Program-made: the position numbers and the translations under genes
The notes under the pieces: model-generated
Seen by the model: only the letters and a program-made list of their open reading frames with translations
What the model was told of the DNA's origin: nothing
Databases searched by the model: none
Assembly (NCBI GenBank): GCA_963810815.1
Contig: CAWEPB010000002.1
Location: forward strand, 80,940-144,939
Direction: 5' to 3'
Length of the DNA stretch: 64,000 nt
From: an uncultured beta proteobacterium
GTDB lineage: Bacteria; Pseudomonadota; Gammaproteobacteria; Burkholderiales; Casimicrobiaceae
Shown: positions 16,558 to 27,623 of the stretch, one piece after another
Position numbering within the stretch: position 1 is the first letter of the stretch
Layout: each line of letters begins with the position of its first letter

Positions 16558-16698
16558 GGCTCCTCGTCAAGAACGCTGCCGATCATCCGGAGGGCCGTGC
16601 CTTGCGCGCCTCGAACGCGCCGCGACGGGAACCGGGGCCCCGCGCCACCGTCCAACCCGGGTCCACCGCTGCCCCCACAGCCGCAACCAGGAGTCACC

Positions 16699-17409
16699 GT
16701 GACCGCATCCCGCCGCTTCCCACCGTCGCCGAGTTGCCCGCCGCAGGCGGCCGCCGCAACCCCTGCGGTCGGCGCGGCGACCGCGGCCAGGGTTTCGGTG
16801 AACCGGCGCCGGGCGCTCGCCGCATTGGCCGTCGGAGCGCTCGGCAGCGCGCTGCCTGCGGTCGCCGACGCCGAGACACGGCCGCTGGCGCCGACCCCTG
16901 CCGACGCCGAGGGCCCGTTCTATCCGCGGAGCCTGCCGGCGGACCGCGACGCGGACCTCACGCGGGTGGCCGGGCGCGGCGGCGTTGCGCAGGGCACGCT
17001 CCTCTACCTCGCCGGCACGGTCCGGCGGACCGACGGAACGCCGCTGCCCGGCACCACGGTCGAGCTCTGGCAATGCGATGCGCTGGGGGTCTACCACCAC
17101 GTCGGCGCGACCGAGGCGCAGGACGAGAACTTCCAGGGCTACGGCGTCGTCGTCACCGATGCCGAGGGCCGCTACGCGTTCAAATCGATTCGGCCGGTGG
17201 CCTATCCGGGCCGGCCGCCGCACCTGCACCTCAAGCTCACCCCCAAGGCCGGTTCCGCGCTGACGACGCAGCTCTACGTCCGGGGCGACGGCGGGCCGAC
17301 GTCGATGTTCGTCGGCCGCGACCGGGATCGGCTGTCGCTGGCGCTCGCCCCGGCGGCTGGACGCGAGCCGGGCGCGCTCGCCGCGGAGTACGACTTCGTG
17401 CTCCGGTAA
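16699..17409 (+). CDS. Exported intradiol ring-cleavage dioxygenase-like protein (protocatechuate dioxygenase beta-like fold)
   Basis: GTG at 16699 lies 5 nt after AGGAG; an alternative GTG is at 16798. Tat signal VNRRRALAALAVGALGSALPAVADA. Dioxygenase-like core EGPFYP...TVELWQCDALGVYHH...AYPGRPPHLHLK. Confidence 0.7.
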   Translation: MTASRRFPPSPSCPPQAAAATPAVGAATAARVSVNRRRALAALAVGALGSALPAVADAETRPLAPTPADAEGPFYPRSLPADRDADLTRVAGRGGVAQGTLLYLAGTVRRTDGTPLPGTTVELWQCDALGVYHHVGATEAQDENFQGYGVVVTDAEGRYAFKSIRPVAYPGRPPHLHLKLTPKAGSALTTQLYVRGDGGPTSMFVGRDRDRLSLALAPAAGREPGALAAEYDFVLR

Positions 17410-17497
17410 GCGGCCGACGCGCGGCGCCCACGGCTCGGGCCGGCCGCGGGCGCTTGCCGGGACCGGGGTACGCCCGGGGCGCGTCGCCAGGCCGGCG

Positions 17498-17761
17498 TCA
17501 GTGCACGGTGACCGGCGAGAAGAAGCGTACGACGGCGCCCGATCGCAGCTGGTAGAGCCCTTCGCCGAGCGGCTGCGCGCCGTCGATCTCGCCGCAGGTC
17601 AGCACGATTTCCGAGTCGCCGTGCTTCGCCTCGAGCACGACGTCGTCGGCCGACGTGTCCTCGTCGGGCACCCGCAGGTACTCGGTCTCGAACATCACCC
17701 CGTCGACGAGAACGTACGCGGCGTCGTGCATGGTGTCGGTCAGCTTGGCAGAGGCGCCCAT
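17498..17761 (-). CDS. Small hypothetical protein (87 aa)
   Basis: ATG at 17761. Acidic 87-aa product with coding-like GC3. 138 nt downstream of speE. No recognisable motif. Confidence 0.4.
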   Translation of the reverse strand: MGASAKLTDTMHDAAYVLVDGVMFETEYLRVPDEDTSADDVVLEAKHGDSEIVLTCGEIDGAQPLGEGLYQLRSGAVVRFFSPVTVH

Positions 17762-17899
17762 GGTCGTTGCATCACTCCGGCGGGCGGCGGAAACGCCACC
17801 CTTCGCCGTGGTAGATGCGGCCCTTCGCCGCTGGTTCAAGGGGCCGGCGCCGGTCGGTGGACCCGCGGCATGAGGCGGGGCGCCCACGGGCCGGCACCC

Positions 17900-18796
17900 T
17901 CAGGCGGTGAGCGTGCGGACGAAGTTCGGCAGCGCCAGCGCGGCGCGGTGCATCTCGCCGTTGTAGTACTGGAGGTCCCGGAGCCCGCGCTGGGCGATGC
18001 GCCGGTCGATCTCGGGCGCCGACGGCTTGCGCGGATCGAGCGCCGTCGAGGCCATCGCCATCATCCACATGCCCCCGTACAGCGGGATCGACGTCAGGTA
18101 AGGCGTGACCAGCGGAAACGCGGCGCGCAGCCGGGAGAGCCCTTCGCGGACGCGCTGGGGGTGCGCGACGGGGCTGGCGACGTGCAGCGTCATCGCGCCG
18201 ACCGGATTCAGCCGCGCGGCGCAGGCGCGATAGAACTCGGTCGTGTACAGCGGCGTCGACGGGCCGCCCGGATCGGTGAGGTCGAGCACGATCAGGTCGT
18301 ACTGCTCGGCGGTCTCGCGAACGAAGGCGAAGCCGTCGCCGATCCTGAGCTCGAGCCGGGGATCGTCGAGTGCGCCGCGGTGGACCGCGTGAAGGTACTT
18401 GCGGGTGATGTCGACGACGGCGAGATCGAGCTCGCACAGCGTCACCGACTTCATCGTCGGGTGCTTCAGCAGCTCCTCGGCCGATCCGCCGTCGCCGCCG
18501 CCGATGATCAGCGCCCGCTCCGGCGCGGGGTGCGTGACCGCCGCCGGATGGACCAGGTTCTCGTGGTAGAAGAACTCGTCCCGTTCCGACGTCATGAAAT
18601 GACCGTCGAGGCGGAACAGCTTGCCGAAGGTCGCGCTGTCGTGAACCTCGACGTCCTGGTGCGGCGAGCGGAACTTCTCGAACGCGCGCGCGGACCGGAT
18701 GTAGAAGCCCCAGTCGTCGGTGAGGTGTTCGGTCAGCACGCCCGGCGCGAGGTCGCCGGCGCCCGGCGTCCCGGATCCGCCGCGACCGTCAGTCAT
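17900..18796 (-). CDS. speE: Polyamine aminopropyltransferase (spermidine synthase)
   Basis: Motifs LIIGGGDGGSAEELLKH and LIVLDLTDP, with the spermidine synthase fold pattern YHENLVHP. 298 aa. Confidence 0.9.
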   Translation of the reverse strand: MTDGRGGSGTPGAGDLAPGVLTEHLTDDWGFYIRSARAFEKFRSPHQDVEVHDSATFGKLFRLDGHFMTSERDEFFYHENLVHPAAVTHPAPERALIIGGGDGGSAEELLKHPTMKSVTLCELDLAVVDITRKYLHAVHRGALDDPRLELRIGDGFAFVRETAEQYDLIVLDLTDPGGPSTPLYTTEFYRACAARLNPVGAMTLHVASPVAHPQRVREGLSRLRAAFPLVTPYLTSIPLYGGMWMMAMASTALDPRKPSAPEIDRRIAQRGLRDLQYYNGEMHRAALALPNFVRTLTA

Positions 18797-19154
18797 CCTT
18801 GCCCCCGCGGTGGATCGAGTGGGAATGCGCCCGCGTGGGCTTCAGCGCGATTTCGAGCGCGCGAAACAGCCGCTCCGCCTTCTCGGTGTTGTCGGTCATG
18901 TAGTTGCAGACGTACACGTCGACGGTGACGAAACCGTGCTCGGGCCAGGTATGGATCGCGAGGTGCGACTCGGAGAGCAGCACGGTGCCGGTGACGCCCT
19001 GCGGTTCGAACTGGAAGAAGCGCTCGCCCACCACCGTCAGACCGGCCGCCGCGACGGCGTCGACGCAGACCTTGCGCAGCGCGTCGGCGCGGGTGAATTC
19101 GGGCGTGTCGGCGGGGCAGCCGTACCATTCGCCTAACAGATGGATGCCGTCCAT
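18789..19154 (-). CDS. speD: S-adenosylmethionine decarboxylase proenzyme (small bacterial class)
   Basis: ATG at 19154. Self-cleavage/pyruvoyl motif LLSESHLAIHTWPE. Its stop overlaps the speE start by 8 nt. Confidence 0.85.
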   Translation of the reverse strand: MDGIHLLGEWYGCPADTPEFTRADALRKVCVDAVAAAGLTVVGERFFQFEPQGVTGTVLLSESHLAIHTWPEHGFVTVDVYVCNYMTDNTEKAERLFRALEIALKPTRAHSHSIHRGGKDD

Positions 19155-19283
19155 CGGTTGTCCCCTTGAGTGTGGCCGGATTGCGGCCCATTCCATCGCG
19201 CCGCAATGCACCGATTCCCGTGCGGGGGGTGCGACAAAAGGTGACGGCGCCCCAGCGTCGGGCGGCGCGAAAGCATTGAATTA

Positions 19284-19312
19284 TTGCACATTTTTGGGCT
19301 CGGCGCGATAAT
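19284..19312 (+). promoter_or_regulatory. Candidate sigma70 promoter for tkt
   Basis: TTGCAC (19284-19289), 17-nt spacer, GATAAT (19307-19312), in an AT-rich patch about 130 nt upstream of the tkt ATG. Confidence 0.4.
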
Positions 19313-19442
19313 TTCAAGCTCCGGCCCGCACAACAACAGCTTTTTGCGGTGCGGCACGGTCCGCGGATCAGGCAGCGGCAAGGTCTTCGATGACGATGCG
19401 CTGCCACCGTTCGCCCCCTCCCGCCGCCCCGACTGCGCCTCG

Positions 19443-21482
19443 ATGACCGCCAACCTCGCCACCGATTCCGATCTCGCCAACGCATTGCGGGCGCTCGCCA
19501 TGGATGCGGTCGAGGCGGCGAAGTCCGGCCACCCGGGCATGCCGATGGGCATGGCGGAAATCGCCGTCGCGTTGTGGCATCGACACCTTTCGCACAATCC
19601 GGCGAACCCGCAGTGGCCCGATCGCGATCGTTTCGTGCTGTCCAACGGCCACGGTTCGATGCTGCTCTACGGGCTGCTGCACCTGTCCGGCTACGACCTG
19701 CCGCTCGACGAGCTCAAGCGCTTCCGGCAACTCCACTCGAAAACGCCGGGGCATCCGGAAGCCGGCGCCACGCCCGGCGTGGAAACCACGACCGGTCCGC
19801 TGGGCCAGGGCGTCGGAAACGCCGTCGGCATGGCGCTCGCCGAGCGGCTGCTCGCGGCGCAGTTCAATCGACCGGGTCACCGCATCGTCGACCACCGCAC
19901 CTGGGCGTTCCTCGGCGACGGTTGCCTGATGGAGGGCGTTTCGCACGAGGCCTGCGCGCTGGCCGGAACGCTCGGGCTGTCGAAGCTCGTCGCGTTCTGG
20001 GACGACAACGGGATCTCGATCGACGGCGAGGTCGAGGGCTGGTTCACCGACGATACGCCGAAGCGCTTCGAGGCCTACGGCTGGAACGTGATCCGCGGCG
20101 TCGACGGCCACGATGTCGGCGCGGTCGACGCGGCGATCCGGGCGGCGCTCGCGGAATCGGCGCGGCCCACGCTGATCTGCTGCCGCACCACCATCGGCAA
20201 GGGCGCGCCGACCAAGGCGGGAACGGCCGATGCGCACGGCTCGGCGCTGGGCGCGCAGGAAATCGCCGCGGCGCGCGCGGCGCTGGGCTGGCCGCACCCG
20301 CCGTTCGAGATCCCCGGGGCGATCGCGAGCGGCTGGAATGCCCGGGCGGACGGCGCGCGACGCGAGACCGAGTGGACCGCCCGGCTGGCCGCGTACCGCG
20401 CGGCGTTTCCCGAACTCGCGGCCGAGTTCGGGCGACGGATGGCGGGCGAGCTGCCGGCCGACTTCGCCGCGACCGTCGCCACGTTCGTCGCGTCGCAGGC
20501 GGCCAAGGCGGAGACCGTCTCGACGCGCAAGGCGTCGCAACAGGCGATCGAGGCCTTCGCGCGCGCGCTGCCGGAAATGCTGGGCGGGTCGGCCGACCTC
20601 ACCGGCTCGGTGTTCACCAACTGGTCGGGCAGCGTTCCGGTGACGCGCGAGCAGCCGGGCAACTACATCCACTACGGCGTGCGCGAGTTCGGCATGAGCG
20701 CCATCATGAACGGCGTCGCGCTGCACGGCGGCTTCATTCCCTATGCCGGAACCTTCCTCACGTTCTCCGACTACGCGCGCAACGCGGTGCGGATGGCCGC
20801 GCTGATGAAGCTGCGCGTGATCCACGTCTACACGCACGACTCGATCGGGCTCGGCGAGGACGGCCCCACGCACCAGTCGATCGAACACGCGGCGAGCCTG
20901 CGGCTGATCCCGAACCTCGACGTCTGGCGCCCGTGCGACACCGTCGAGTCGGCGGTGGCGTGGGCGGCCGCGATCGGGCGGCGTCCCGGCGCGGACCCGG
21001 GGCCGACAGCGCTGCTGTTCACGCGCCAGAACGTCCCCTTCGTCCCGCGCAGCGACCCGCAGATCGCCGCCATCGGGCGCGGCGGCTACGTGCTGGCCGA
21101 CTGGGATGCGGCGGCGCCGAAGCGGGCGATCGTCGTCGCCACGGGTTCGGAGGTGGCGCTGGCGCTGGCGGCGCGCGAACTGCTCGCCGCCGAAGGCATC
21201 GGCGTCCGCGTCGTGTCGATGCCCTGCACGCGCCGCTTCGACGCGCAGGATGCCGCCTGGCGCGCGAGCGTGCTGCCGCCCGGGACCGCGCGCATCGCCG
21301 TCGAGGCGGGGTCCACCGACGGCTGGCGCAAGTACACCGGCGCCGCCGACGATCCGAAAGGGGCGGTCCTCGGCATCGACACGTTCGGCGAATCGGCGCC
21401 GGCCGGCGCGCTGTTCAGGCACTTCGGACTGACTGCCGACAACCTCGCCGCCACCGTCCGGCGCTGCGTGGCGGCGGCCTGA
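19443..21482 (+). CDS. tkt: Transketolase
   Basis: ATG at 19443 gives ...[30 protein letters not shown]. ThDP motif GDGCLMEG. 679 aa. Confidence 0.95.
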   Translation: MTANLATDSDLANALRALAMDAVEAAKSGHPGMPMGMAEIAVALWHRHLSHNPANPQWPDRDRFVLSNGHGSMLLYGLLHLSGYDLPLDELKRFRQLHSKTPGHPEAGATPGVETTTGPLGQGVGNAVGMALAERLLAAQFNRPGHRIVDHRTWAFLGDGCLMEGVSHEACALAGTLGLSKLVAFWDDNGISIDGEVEGWFTDDTPKRFEAYGWNVIRGVDGHDVGAVDAAIRAALAESARPTLICCRTTIGKGAPTKAGTADAHGSALGAQEIAAARAALGWPHPPFEIPGAIASGWNARADGARRETEWTARLAAYRAAFPELAAEFGRRMAGELPADFAATVATFVASQAAKAETVSTRKASQQAIEAFARALPEMLGGSADLTGSVFTNWSGSVPVTREQPGNYIHYGVREFGMSAIMNGVALHGGFIPYAGTFLTFSDYARNAVRMAALMKLRVIHVYTHDSIGLGEDGPTHQSIEHAASLRLIPNLDVWRPCDTVESAVAWAAAIGRRPGADPGPTALLFTRQNVPFVPRSDPQIAAIGRGGYVLADWDAAAPKRAIVVATGSEVALALAARELLAAEGIGVRVVSMPCTRRFDAQDAAWRASVLPPGTARIAVEAGSTDGWRKYTGAADDPKGAVLGIDTFGESAPAGALFRHFGLTADNLAATVRRCVAAA

Positions 21483-21489
21483 CCCGGTC

Positions 21490-22047
21490 ATGGCGATGAG
21501 TCCGGCCACCGTCATCCGCCCCGCCGTCGCCGGCGACGCCCGGGCGATCGCGCAGGTGCGCGTCGACGCGTGGCGCGCGACCTATCGCGGGATGATCCCC
21601 GACGCCTACCTCGACGGCATGAGCGTCGACGCGAGCGAGACCGGCTGGCTGCGCATCCTGAGCGCACCGAACCGGGTCGCCGCGGTGTTCGTCGCCGAGG
21701 ACGAATCCGGCGTCGTGGGCTTCGCGTCGGGCCATCGCCTGGCGGAGCCGAAGCACGGCCTCGACGCCGAACTGTCCGCGGTGTATCTGGTACCGACGGC
21801 GCAGCGCGCCGGCACCGGCACGCGCCTGGTCGCCGCGGTGGCGCAGTCGCTCGCGCGGCTGGGCGCCACCGGGCTGATCGCCTGGGTGATCGCCGCGAAC
21901 CGGCGCGCGCGCGCCTTTTACGAAGCGCTCGGCGGCGAACTGCTGCTCGAGCAGCCGTTCCAGTGGGACGGCATGGACCTCGTCGAGGCAGGCTACGGCT
22001 GGCGCGATCTTCCCGCGCTGGCCGTGGCCGGCCCCGTGCTTCAATGA
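21490..22047 (+). CDS. GNAT family N-acetyltransferase
   Basis: IRPAVAGDARAIAQV N-terminus and acetyl-CoA motif QRAGTGTRLV. 185 aa. Confidence 0.8.
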   Translation: MAMSPATVIRPAVAGDARAIAQVRVDAWRATYRGMIPDAYLDGMSVDASETGWLRILSAPNRVAAVFVAEDESGVVGFASGHRLAEPKHGLDAELSAVYLVPTAQRAGTGTRLVAAVAQSLARLGATGLIAWVIAANRRARAFYEALGGELLLEQPFQWDGMDLVEAGYGWRDLPALAVAGPVLQ

Positions 22048-22077
22048 ACCGTCATCGACCCGAAAAGGAGTGACAGC

Positions 22078-23091
22078 ATGACCATCAAAGTCGCCATCAA
22101 CGGCTACGGCCGCATCGGTCGCAACATCCTGCGCGCCCACTACGAGGGCGGCAAGAAGCACGACCTCGAGATCGTCGCGATCAACGACCTCGGCAGCCCC
22201 GAGACCAACGCGCACCTGACGCGCTACGACACCGCGCACGGGAAATTCCCGGGCAAGGTCGAGGTCGACGGCGACGCGATGGTCGTCAACGGCGACCGGA
22301 TCAAGGTCTTCGCGCAGCGGGACCCGGCGCAGCTGCCCTGGGGCACGCTCGGCGTCGACGTGGTGCTCGAGTGCACCGGCTTCTTCACGACCAAGGAGAA
22401 GGCGTCGGCGCACCTGAAGGGCGGCGCGAAGAAGGTGATCATCTCGGCGCCCGGCGGCAAGGACGTCGACGCCACCGTCGTCTACGGCGTCAACCACGGC
22501 ACGCTCAAGGCCGCGCACACCGTCATCTCGAACGCGTCGTGCACGACCAACTGCCTCGCGCCGCTGGTGAAGCCGCTGCACGACAAGATCGGCCTCGTCA
22601 ACGGGCTGATGACGACCATCCACGCCTACACCAACGACCAGGTGCTGACCGACGTCTACCACGAGGACCTGCGGCGGGCGCGCTCGGCGACGATGAGCAT
22701 GATCCCGACCAAGACCGGCGCTGCGGCGGCGGTCGGCCTGGTGCTGCCCGAGCTCAACGGCAAGCTCGACGGCTACGCGATCCGCGTGCCGACGATCAAC
22801 GTGTCGGTGGTCGACCTGACGTTCATCGCCGCGCGCGACACCACCGTCGACGAAGTCAACGCCATCATGAAGGAAGCCGCGGACAGCGGCCCGCTGGCGG
22901 AGGTGCTCAACTACAACAAGGCACCGCTGGTTTCGGTCGATTTCAACCACGACCCGGCGTCGTCGACGTTCGACGCGACGCTGACCAAGGTCTCCGGCCG
23001 GCTGGTCAAGGTCTCTTCGTGGTACGACAACGAGTGGGGCTTCTCCAACCGGATGCTCGACACCACCGTGGCGCTGATGAACGCCAAGTGA
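22078..23091 (+). CDS. gap: Glyceraldehyde-3-phosphate dehydrogenase
   Basis: [13 protein letters not shown] motif and active site [21 protein letters not shown]. Confidence 0.95.
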   Translation: MTIKVAINGYGRIGRNILRAHYEGGKKHDLEIVAINDLGSPETNAHLTRYDTAHGKFPGKVEVDGDAMVVNGDRIKVFAQRDPAQLPWGTLGVDVVLECTGFFTTKEKASAHLKGGAKKVIISAPGGKDVDATVVYGVNHGTLKAAHTVISNASCTTNCLAPLVKPLHDKIGLVNGLMTTIHAYTNDQVLTDVYHEDLRRARSATMSMIPTKTGAAAAVGLVLPELNGKLDGYAIRVPTINVSVVDLTFIAARDTTVDEVNAIMKEAADSGPLAEVLNYNKAPLVSVDFNHDPASSTFDATLTKVSGRLVKVSSWYDNEWGFSNRMLDTTVALMNAK

Positions 23092-23174
23092 CGCCGCGGG
23101 ACGCGTGAACGCCCCGTCGAACGCAGCGCCCGACCTCCGCCCCGGCGACGCATCAAGTCGCCGGGGCGGTCGTC

Positions 23175-23660
23175 GTGCGCCCGATCGCGATGGCCGACGT
23201 CGAGGGGTTCCGCGCCTGCGTCGACGCGGTGATGAAGGAGCGGCGCTGGCTCGCCTACCTCGAGGCATTCCCGCTCTCCCGCACCGCGGCCTTCGTCGCC
23301 GGCAACCTCGAATCGGGGAACCCGCAGTTCGTCGCCGACGACGGCGGCCGGATCGTCGGCTGGTGCGACATCTGCCGCGAAACGATTCCGACCTACGCGC
23401 ACTGCGGTATGCTGGGGATGGGCGTGCTCGCCCCGTTCCGCAGCCGCGGTCTGGGCACGCGGCTGATCGCGGCCGCGCTCGGCGCGGCCCGCGAGCGCGG
23501 GATCGAGCGCGTGGAGCTGTCGGTCTACGCGCACAACACGGCGGCGCAGGCGCTCTACCGCAAGGCCGGCTTCGTTCATGAAGGCACGCGCGTCCGCGGC
23601 CGCAAGCTCGACGGCGACTACGCCGACATTCACATGATGGGCCTCGTGTTCGCGCGCTGA
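23175..23660 (+). CDS. GNAT family N-acetyltransferase
   Basis: GTG start. Acetyl-CoA motif FRSRGLGTRLI and GNAT C-terminal ALYRKAGF. 161 aa. Confidence 0.8.
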   Translation: MRPIAMADVEGFRACVDAVMKERRWLAYLEAFPLSRTAAFVAGNLESGNPQFVADDGGRIVGWCDICRETIPTYAHCGMLGMGVLAPFRSRGLGTRLIAAALGAARERGIERVELSVYAHNTAAQALYRKAGFVHEGTRVRGRKLDGDYADIHMMGLVFAR

Positions 23661-23684
23661 GCCCCCCTCCGACTGGACACCACC

Positions 23685-24869
23685 ATGGACTTCTTCCGCC
23701 TTTCCGACCTCGACGTGCGCGGCAAGCGCGTCTTCATCCGCGCGGACCTCAACGTGCCGCAGGACGCCAGCGGGGCGATCACCGACGACACGCGGATCCG
23801 CGCGTCGGTGCCCGGCATCCGCGATGCCCTGGATCGCGGCGCGGCAGTGATGGTCACCTCGCATCTCGGCCGGCCCGTCGAGGGACAGTGGAGCGCAGCC
23901 GACTCCCTCGCCCCGGTCGCGCGGCGGCTCGGCGAACTCCTCGGGCGCGACGTGCCGCTGGTGCGCGACTGGGTCGACGGCGGCGCCTGGCACCAGGCGC
24001 TGAAGGCCGGCGACGTCGTGCTGCTGGAGAACTGCCGCTTCAACAAGGGCGAGAAGAAGAACGACGAGGCGCTGGCGCGCAGGATGGCGGCGCTCACCGA
24101 CGTCTACGTCAACGACGCGTTCGGGACCGCGCACCGCGCGGAGGCGACGACCGAAGGCATCGCCCGCTACGCGCCCATCGCGTGCGCCGGCCCGCTGGTG
24201 GCCGCCGAACTCGACGCGCTGACGCAGGCGCTGGCGCAGCCGAAGCGGCCGCTGATCGCCATCGTCGCCGGGTCCAAGGTCTCGACCAAGCTGACCGTGC
24301 TGCGCGCGCTGGCGGCGAAAGTCGACTGCCTGATCGTCGGCGGCGGCATCGCCAACACGTTCATCCTCGCCGCCGGCGGCCACATCGGCAAATCGCTCGC
24401 CGAGCCGGACCTGGTCGGCGAGGCGAAGGCGATCCTCGACACCTTCCCGGGCAAGGTGCCGGTGCCGGTGGACGCGGTCTGCGCCAAGGAATTCTCGGCG
24501 ACCGCCAGGCCCGAACTCAAGGCGGTCGAGAACGTCGAGCCGGACGACCTGATCCTCGACCTCGGCCCGCAGAGCGTGGCGTACATCGCCACCGTTCTCG
24601 CGAAGGCCGGGACGATCGTGTGGAACGGCCCGATCGGCGTGTTCGAGTTCGACGCCTTCGCCGGCGGCACCCGGGCGATGGCCGAGGCGATCGTCAGGTC
24701 CGGCGCCTACACCATCGCCGGCGGCGGCGACACGGTCGCCGCGATCAACAAGTTCGGCATCGCCGACCGGATCTCGTACATCTCCACCGCGGGCGGCGCG
24801 TTCCTCGAGTTCCTCGAGGGAAAGACGCTGCCCGCGATCGCAGCGCTGGAAGCGCGCGCTGCCGGCTGA
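23685..24869 (+). CDS. pgk: Phosphoglycerate kinase
   Basis: RADLNVP, SHLGRP and GGGDT motifs. 394 aa. Confidence 0.95.
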   Translation: MDFFRLSDLDVRGKRVFIRADLNVPQDASGAITDDTRIRASVPGIRDALDRGAAVMVTSHLGRPVEGQWSAADSLAPVARRLGELLGRDVPLVRDWVDGGAWHQALKAGDVVLLENCRFNKGEKKNDEALARRMAALTDVYVNDAFGTAHRAEATTEGIARYAPIACAGPLVAAELDALTQALAQPKRPLIAIVAGSKVSTKLTVLRALAAKVDCLIVGGGIANTFILAAGGHIGKSLAEPDLVGEAKAILDTFPGKVPVPVDAVCAKEFSATARPELKAVENVEPDDLILDLGPQSVAYIATVLAKAGTIVWNGPIGVFEFDAFAGGTRAMAEAIVRSGAYTIAGGGDTVAAINKFGIADRISYISTAGGAFLEFLEGKTLPAIAALEARAAG

Positions 24870-24961
24870 TTCCGCGGCGGTGCCGGTCGCCGCGCGCGGT
24901 ACGACCGTCGGCACGCTCGCCGGCAGCTGCCTTGAGCCCTGGTTCGACACCGAAAGCCCCA

Positions 24962-26389
24962 ATGCCCCGTTCCACCAAGATCGTCGCCACCCTCGGTCCG
25001 GCCAGCAATGCGCCGGAAATGCTCACCCGCCTGATCGCGGCCGGCGTCGACGTGGTCCGCCTCAACTTCTCGCACGGCGTGGCGGCCGACCACATCGAGC
25101 GCGCGCGCATCGTGCGCGAGCAGGCCAGGATCCAGGGCCGCGCCGTCGGCATCATGGTCGACCTGCAGGGGCCGAAGATCCGCGTCGGCAAGTTCCGCGA
25201 CGGCCGGATCACGCTGGTCCCGGGCACCACCTTCGTGCTCGACGCGGAGTGCACCGAGGGCGACGCCGAGCACGTGGGCCTCGACTATCCGGAACTCGTC
25301 CGCGACGTCGGTCCCGGCGCGGTGCTGCTGCTCGACGACGGACTCATCAAGCTGGTGGTCGAGCAGGTCCAGGAATCGCGCATCGTGACGCGCGTCGTGC
25401 TCGGCGGCGTGCTGTCGAACAACAAGGGCATCAACCGGCAGGGGGGCGGCCTGTCGGCACCCGCGCTCACCGCCAAGGACATGGAGGACGTCAAGACGGC
25501 GGCGGCGATCGACGCCGACTTCCTGGCGGTGTCGTTCCCGAAGAACAAGGAAGACATGTACATGGCGCGCCAGCTGCTGCGCGCCGCGGGCAGCCGGGCC
25601 ACGCTGCTGGCGAAGATCGAGCGGGCCGAGGCGATCGGCGCGCTGGAGGAGATCATCGAGGCGTCCGACGGCATCATGGTCGCGCGCGGCGATCTCGCCG
25701 TCGAGGTCGGCAACGCGGCGGTGCCCGGCCTGCAGAAGCGGATGATCCGGCTCGCGCGCACGATGAACAAGCTGACGATCACCGCGACGCAGATGATGGA
25801 GTCGATGATCCACAACCCGGTGCCGACGCGCGCCGAGGTCTCCGACGTCGCCAACGCGGTGCTGGACGGCACCGACGCGGTGATGCTGTCCGCCGAGACG
25901 GCGGCCGGCAAGTATCCGGTCGAGGTCGTCGATGTCGTGGGCCAGATCTGCGTCGAGGCCGAGAAGTCGGACGAGGTCGAGACCGACCGCGACTTCTTCG
26001 ACCGCACGTTTTCGCGCGCCGACCAGTCGATCGCGATGGCGTCGCTGTTCACCGCGCACCACCTCAAGGTGAAGGCGATCGCCTCGCTGACGCAGAGCGG
26101 ATCGACGGCGCTGTGGATGTCCCGGCACAACGTCGGCTGCCCGATCTACGCGCTGACGCCGGAGCTGTCGGCGCTGCGCACGATGTCGCTCTACCGCAAC
26201 GTCCGCCCGCTGTTCCTCGAGCAGTCCGGCGACCGCGACACCGTGCTGCAGGCGGCCGAGGACCTGCTGGTGTCGCGCGGCGTGGTCCAGCCCGGGGATC
26301 TCATCGTGCTGACGATCGGGGAGCCGATGGGCAAGTCGGGCGGCACCAACACGATGAAGATCGTCAAGGTCGGCGAGTTGCGGAGCTGA
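24962..26389 (+). CDS. pyk: Pyruvate kinase
   Basis: ATG at 24962 gives [15 protein letters not shown]...[21 protein letters not shown] motif. 475 aa. The track ORF is an upstream read-through. Confidence 0.95.
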   Translation: MPRSTKIVATLGPASNAPEMLTRLIAAGVDVVRLNFSHGVAADHIERARIVREQARIQGRAVGIMVDLQGPKIRVGKFRDGRITLVPGTTFVLDAECTEGDAEHVGLDYPELVRDVGPGAVLLLDDGLIKLVVEQVQESRIVTRVVLGGVLSNNKGINRQGGGLSAPALTAKDMEDVKTAAAIDADFLAVSFPKNKEDMYMARQLLRAAGSRATLLAKIERAEAIGALEEIIEASDGIMVARGDLAVEVGNAAVPGLQKRMIRLARTMNKLTITATQMMESMIHNPVPTRAEVSDVANAVLDGTDAVMLSAETAAGKYPVEVVDVVGQICVEAEKSDEVETDRDFFDRTFSRADQSIAMASLFTAHHLKVKAIASLTQSGSTALWMSRHNVGCPIYALTPELSALRTMSLYRNVRPLFLEQSGDRDTVLQAAEDLLVSRGVVQPGDLIVLTIGEPMGKSGGTNTMKIVKVGELRS

Positions 26390-26496
26390 CGGCCCGGCCG
26401 GCCGCCGGACCACGGCGGCGGGGGTGGCGGAGGAGTAAAATGCGCCCATTGGCGACGCGGCCGCGCCGCCCGTTCCGCACCATCTCGGAGATTTCC

Positions 26497-27561
26497 ATGC
26501 CCCTCGTTTCGATGCGCCAGCTTCTCGACCACGCGGCCGAACATGCGTACGGCCTCCCGGCGTTCAACGTCAACAACCTCGAGCAGGTCCAGGCGATCAT
26601 GGCCGCGGCCGCGGAAACCGACAGCCCGGTGATCATGCAGGCGTCGGCCGGCGCGCGGAAGTACGCCGGCGAGGTGTTCCTGCGGCACCTGATCGAAGCC
26701 GCGGTCGAGAGCTATCCGAACATCCCGGTGGTGATGCACCAGGACCACGGGCAGTCGCCGGACGTCTGCGCCTCGGCGATCAAGCTCGGGTTCTCCAGCG
26801 TGATGATGGACGGATCGCTGCAGGCCGACGGCAAGTCCATCGCCAGCTACGACTACAACCTCGACGTGACGAGGAAGGTCGTCGACATGGCGCACGCTCT
26901 GGGCATCACCGTCGAGGGCGAGCTCGGCTGCCTCGGCTCGCTGGAGACGATGATGGGCGACAAGGAGGACGGCCACGGCGCCGAAGGCAAGATGACGCGC
27001 GAAATGCTGCTGACCGACCCCGACCAGGCTGCCGACTTCGTCAAGCGCACCCAGCTCGACGCGCTGGCCATTGCGATCGGGACGTCGCACGGCGCGTACA
27101 AGTTCTCGCGCAAGCCCACCGGCGACATCCTCGCGATCGACCGCATCAAGGCGATCCATGCGCGCATTCCCAACACGCACCTCGTGATGCACGGCAGTTC
27201 CAGCGTGCCGCAGAACCTGCTCGCCGACATCCGCAAGTACGGCGGCGACATGAAGGAAACCTACGGCGTGCCGGTCGAGGAGATCCAGGAAGGCATCAAG
27301 CACGGCGTGCGCAAGATCAACATCGACACCGACATCCGGCTCGCGATGACCGCGGCAACCCGCAAGTACCTGCACGAGAACCCGTCCAAGTTCGATCCGC
27401 GCGACTTCCTCAAGCCGGCGATGCTGGCGGCCAAGGCGATCTGCGTGGAACGCTACCAGCAGTTCGGGTCCGCCGGGATGGCCTCGAAGATCAAGGCGCT
27501 GCCGTTGTCGGCGGTCGCGGCGAAGTACAAGAGCGGCGAGCTGGCGCAGGTCGTCCGCTGA
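26497..27561 (+). CDS. fba: Class II fructose-bisphosphate aldolase (Calvin-cycle/CbbA-type)
   Basis: ATG at 26497 gives [36 protein letters not shown] and MHGSS metal/active-site motifs. 354 aa. Confidence 0.95.
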   Translation: MPLVSMRQLLDHAAEHAYGLPAFNVNNLEQVQAIMAAAAETDSPVIMQASAGARKYAGEVFLRHLIEAAVESYPNIPVVMHQDHGQSPDVCASAIKLGFSSVMMDGSLQADGKSIASYDYNLDVTRKVVDMAHALGITVEGELGCLGSLETMMGDKEDGHGAEGKMTREMLLTDPDQAADFVKRTQLDALAIAIGTSHGAYKFSRKPTGDILAIDRIKAIHARIPNTHLVMHGSSSVPQNLLADIRKYGGDMKETYGVPVEEIQEGIKHGVRKINIDTDIRLAMTAATRKYLHENPSKFDPRDFLKPAMLAAKAICVERYQQFGSAGMASKIKALPLSAVAAKYKSGELAQVVR

Positions 27562-27623
27562 CGATCGGGTCGGCCGTCGCGCCGGCAACCGCGGCGCCGA
27601 CGGAAAACATGGGGGGAACGGTC

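Noticed and set aside
19368-21515. 715-aa minus-strand ORF and 641-aa alternative plus-frame ORF (19574..21499) covering the transketolase gene.
   Set aside because: Transketolase motifs are unambiguous in the 19443 frame. The competing frames give low-complexity Arg/Ala/Gly sequence without start or RBS support.
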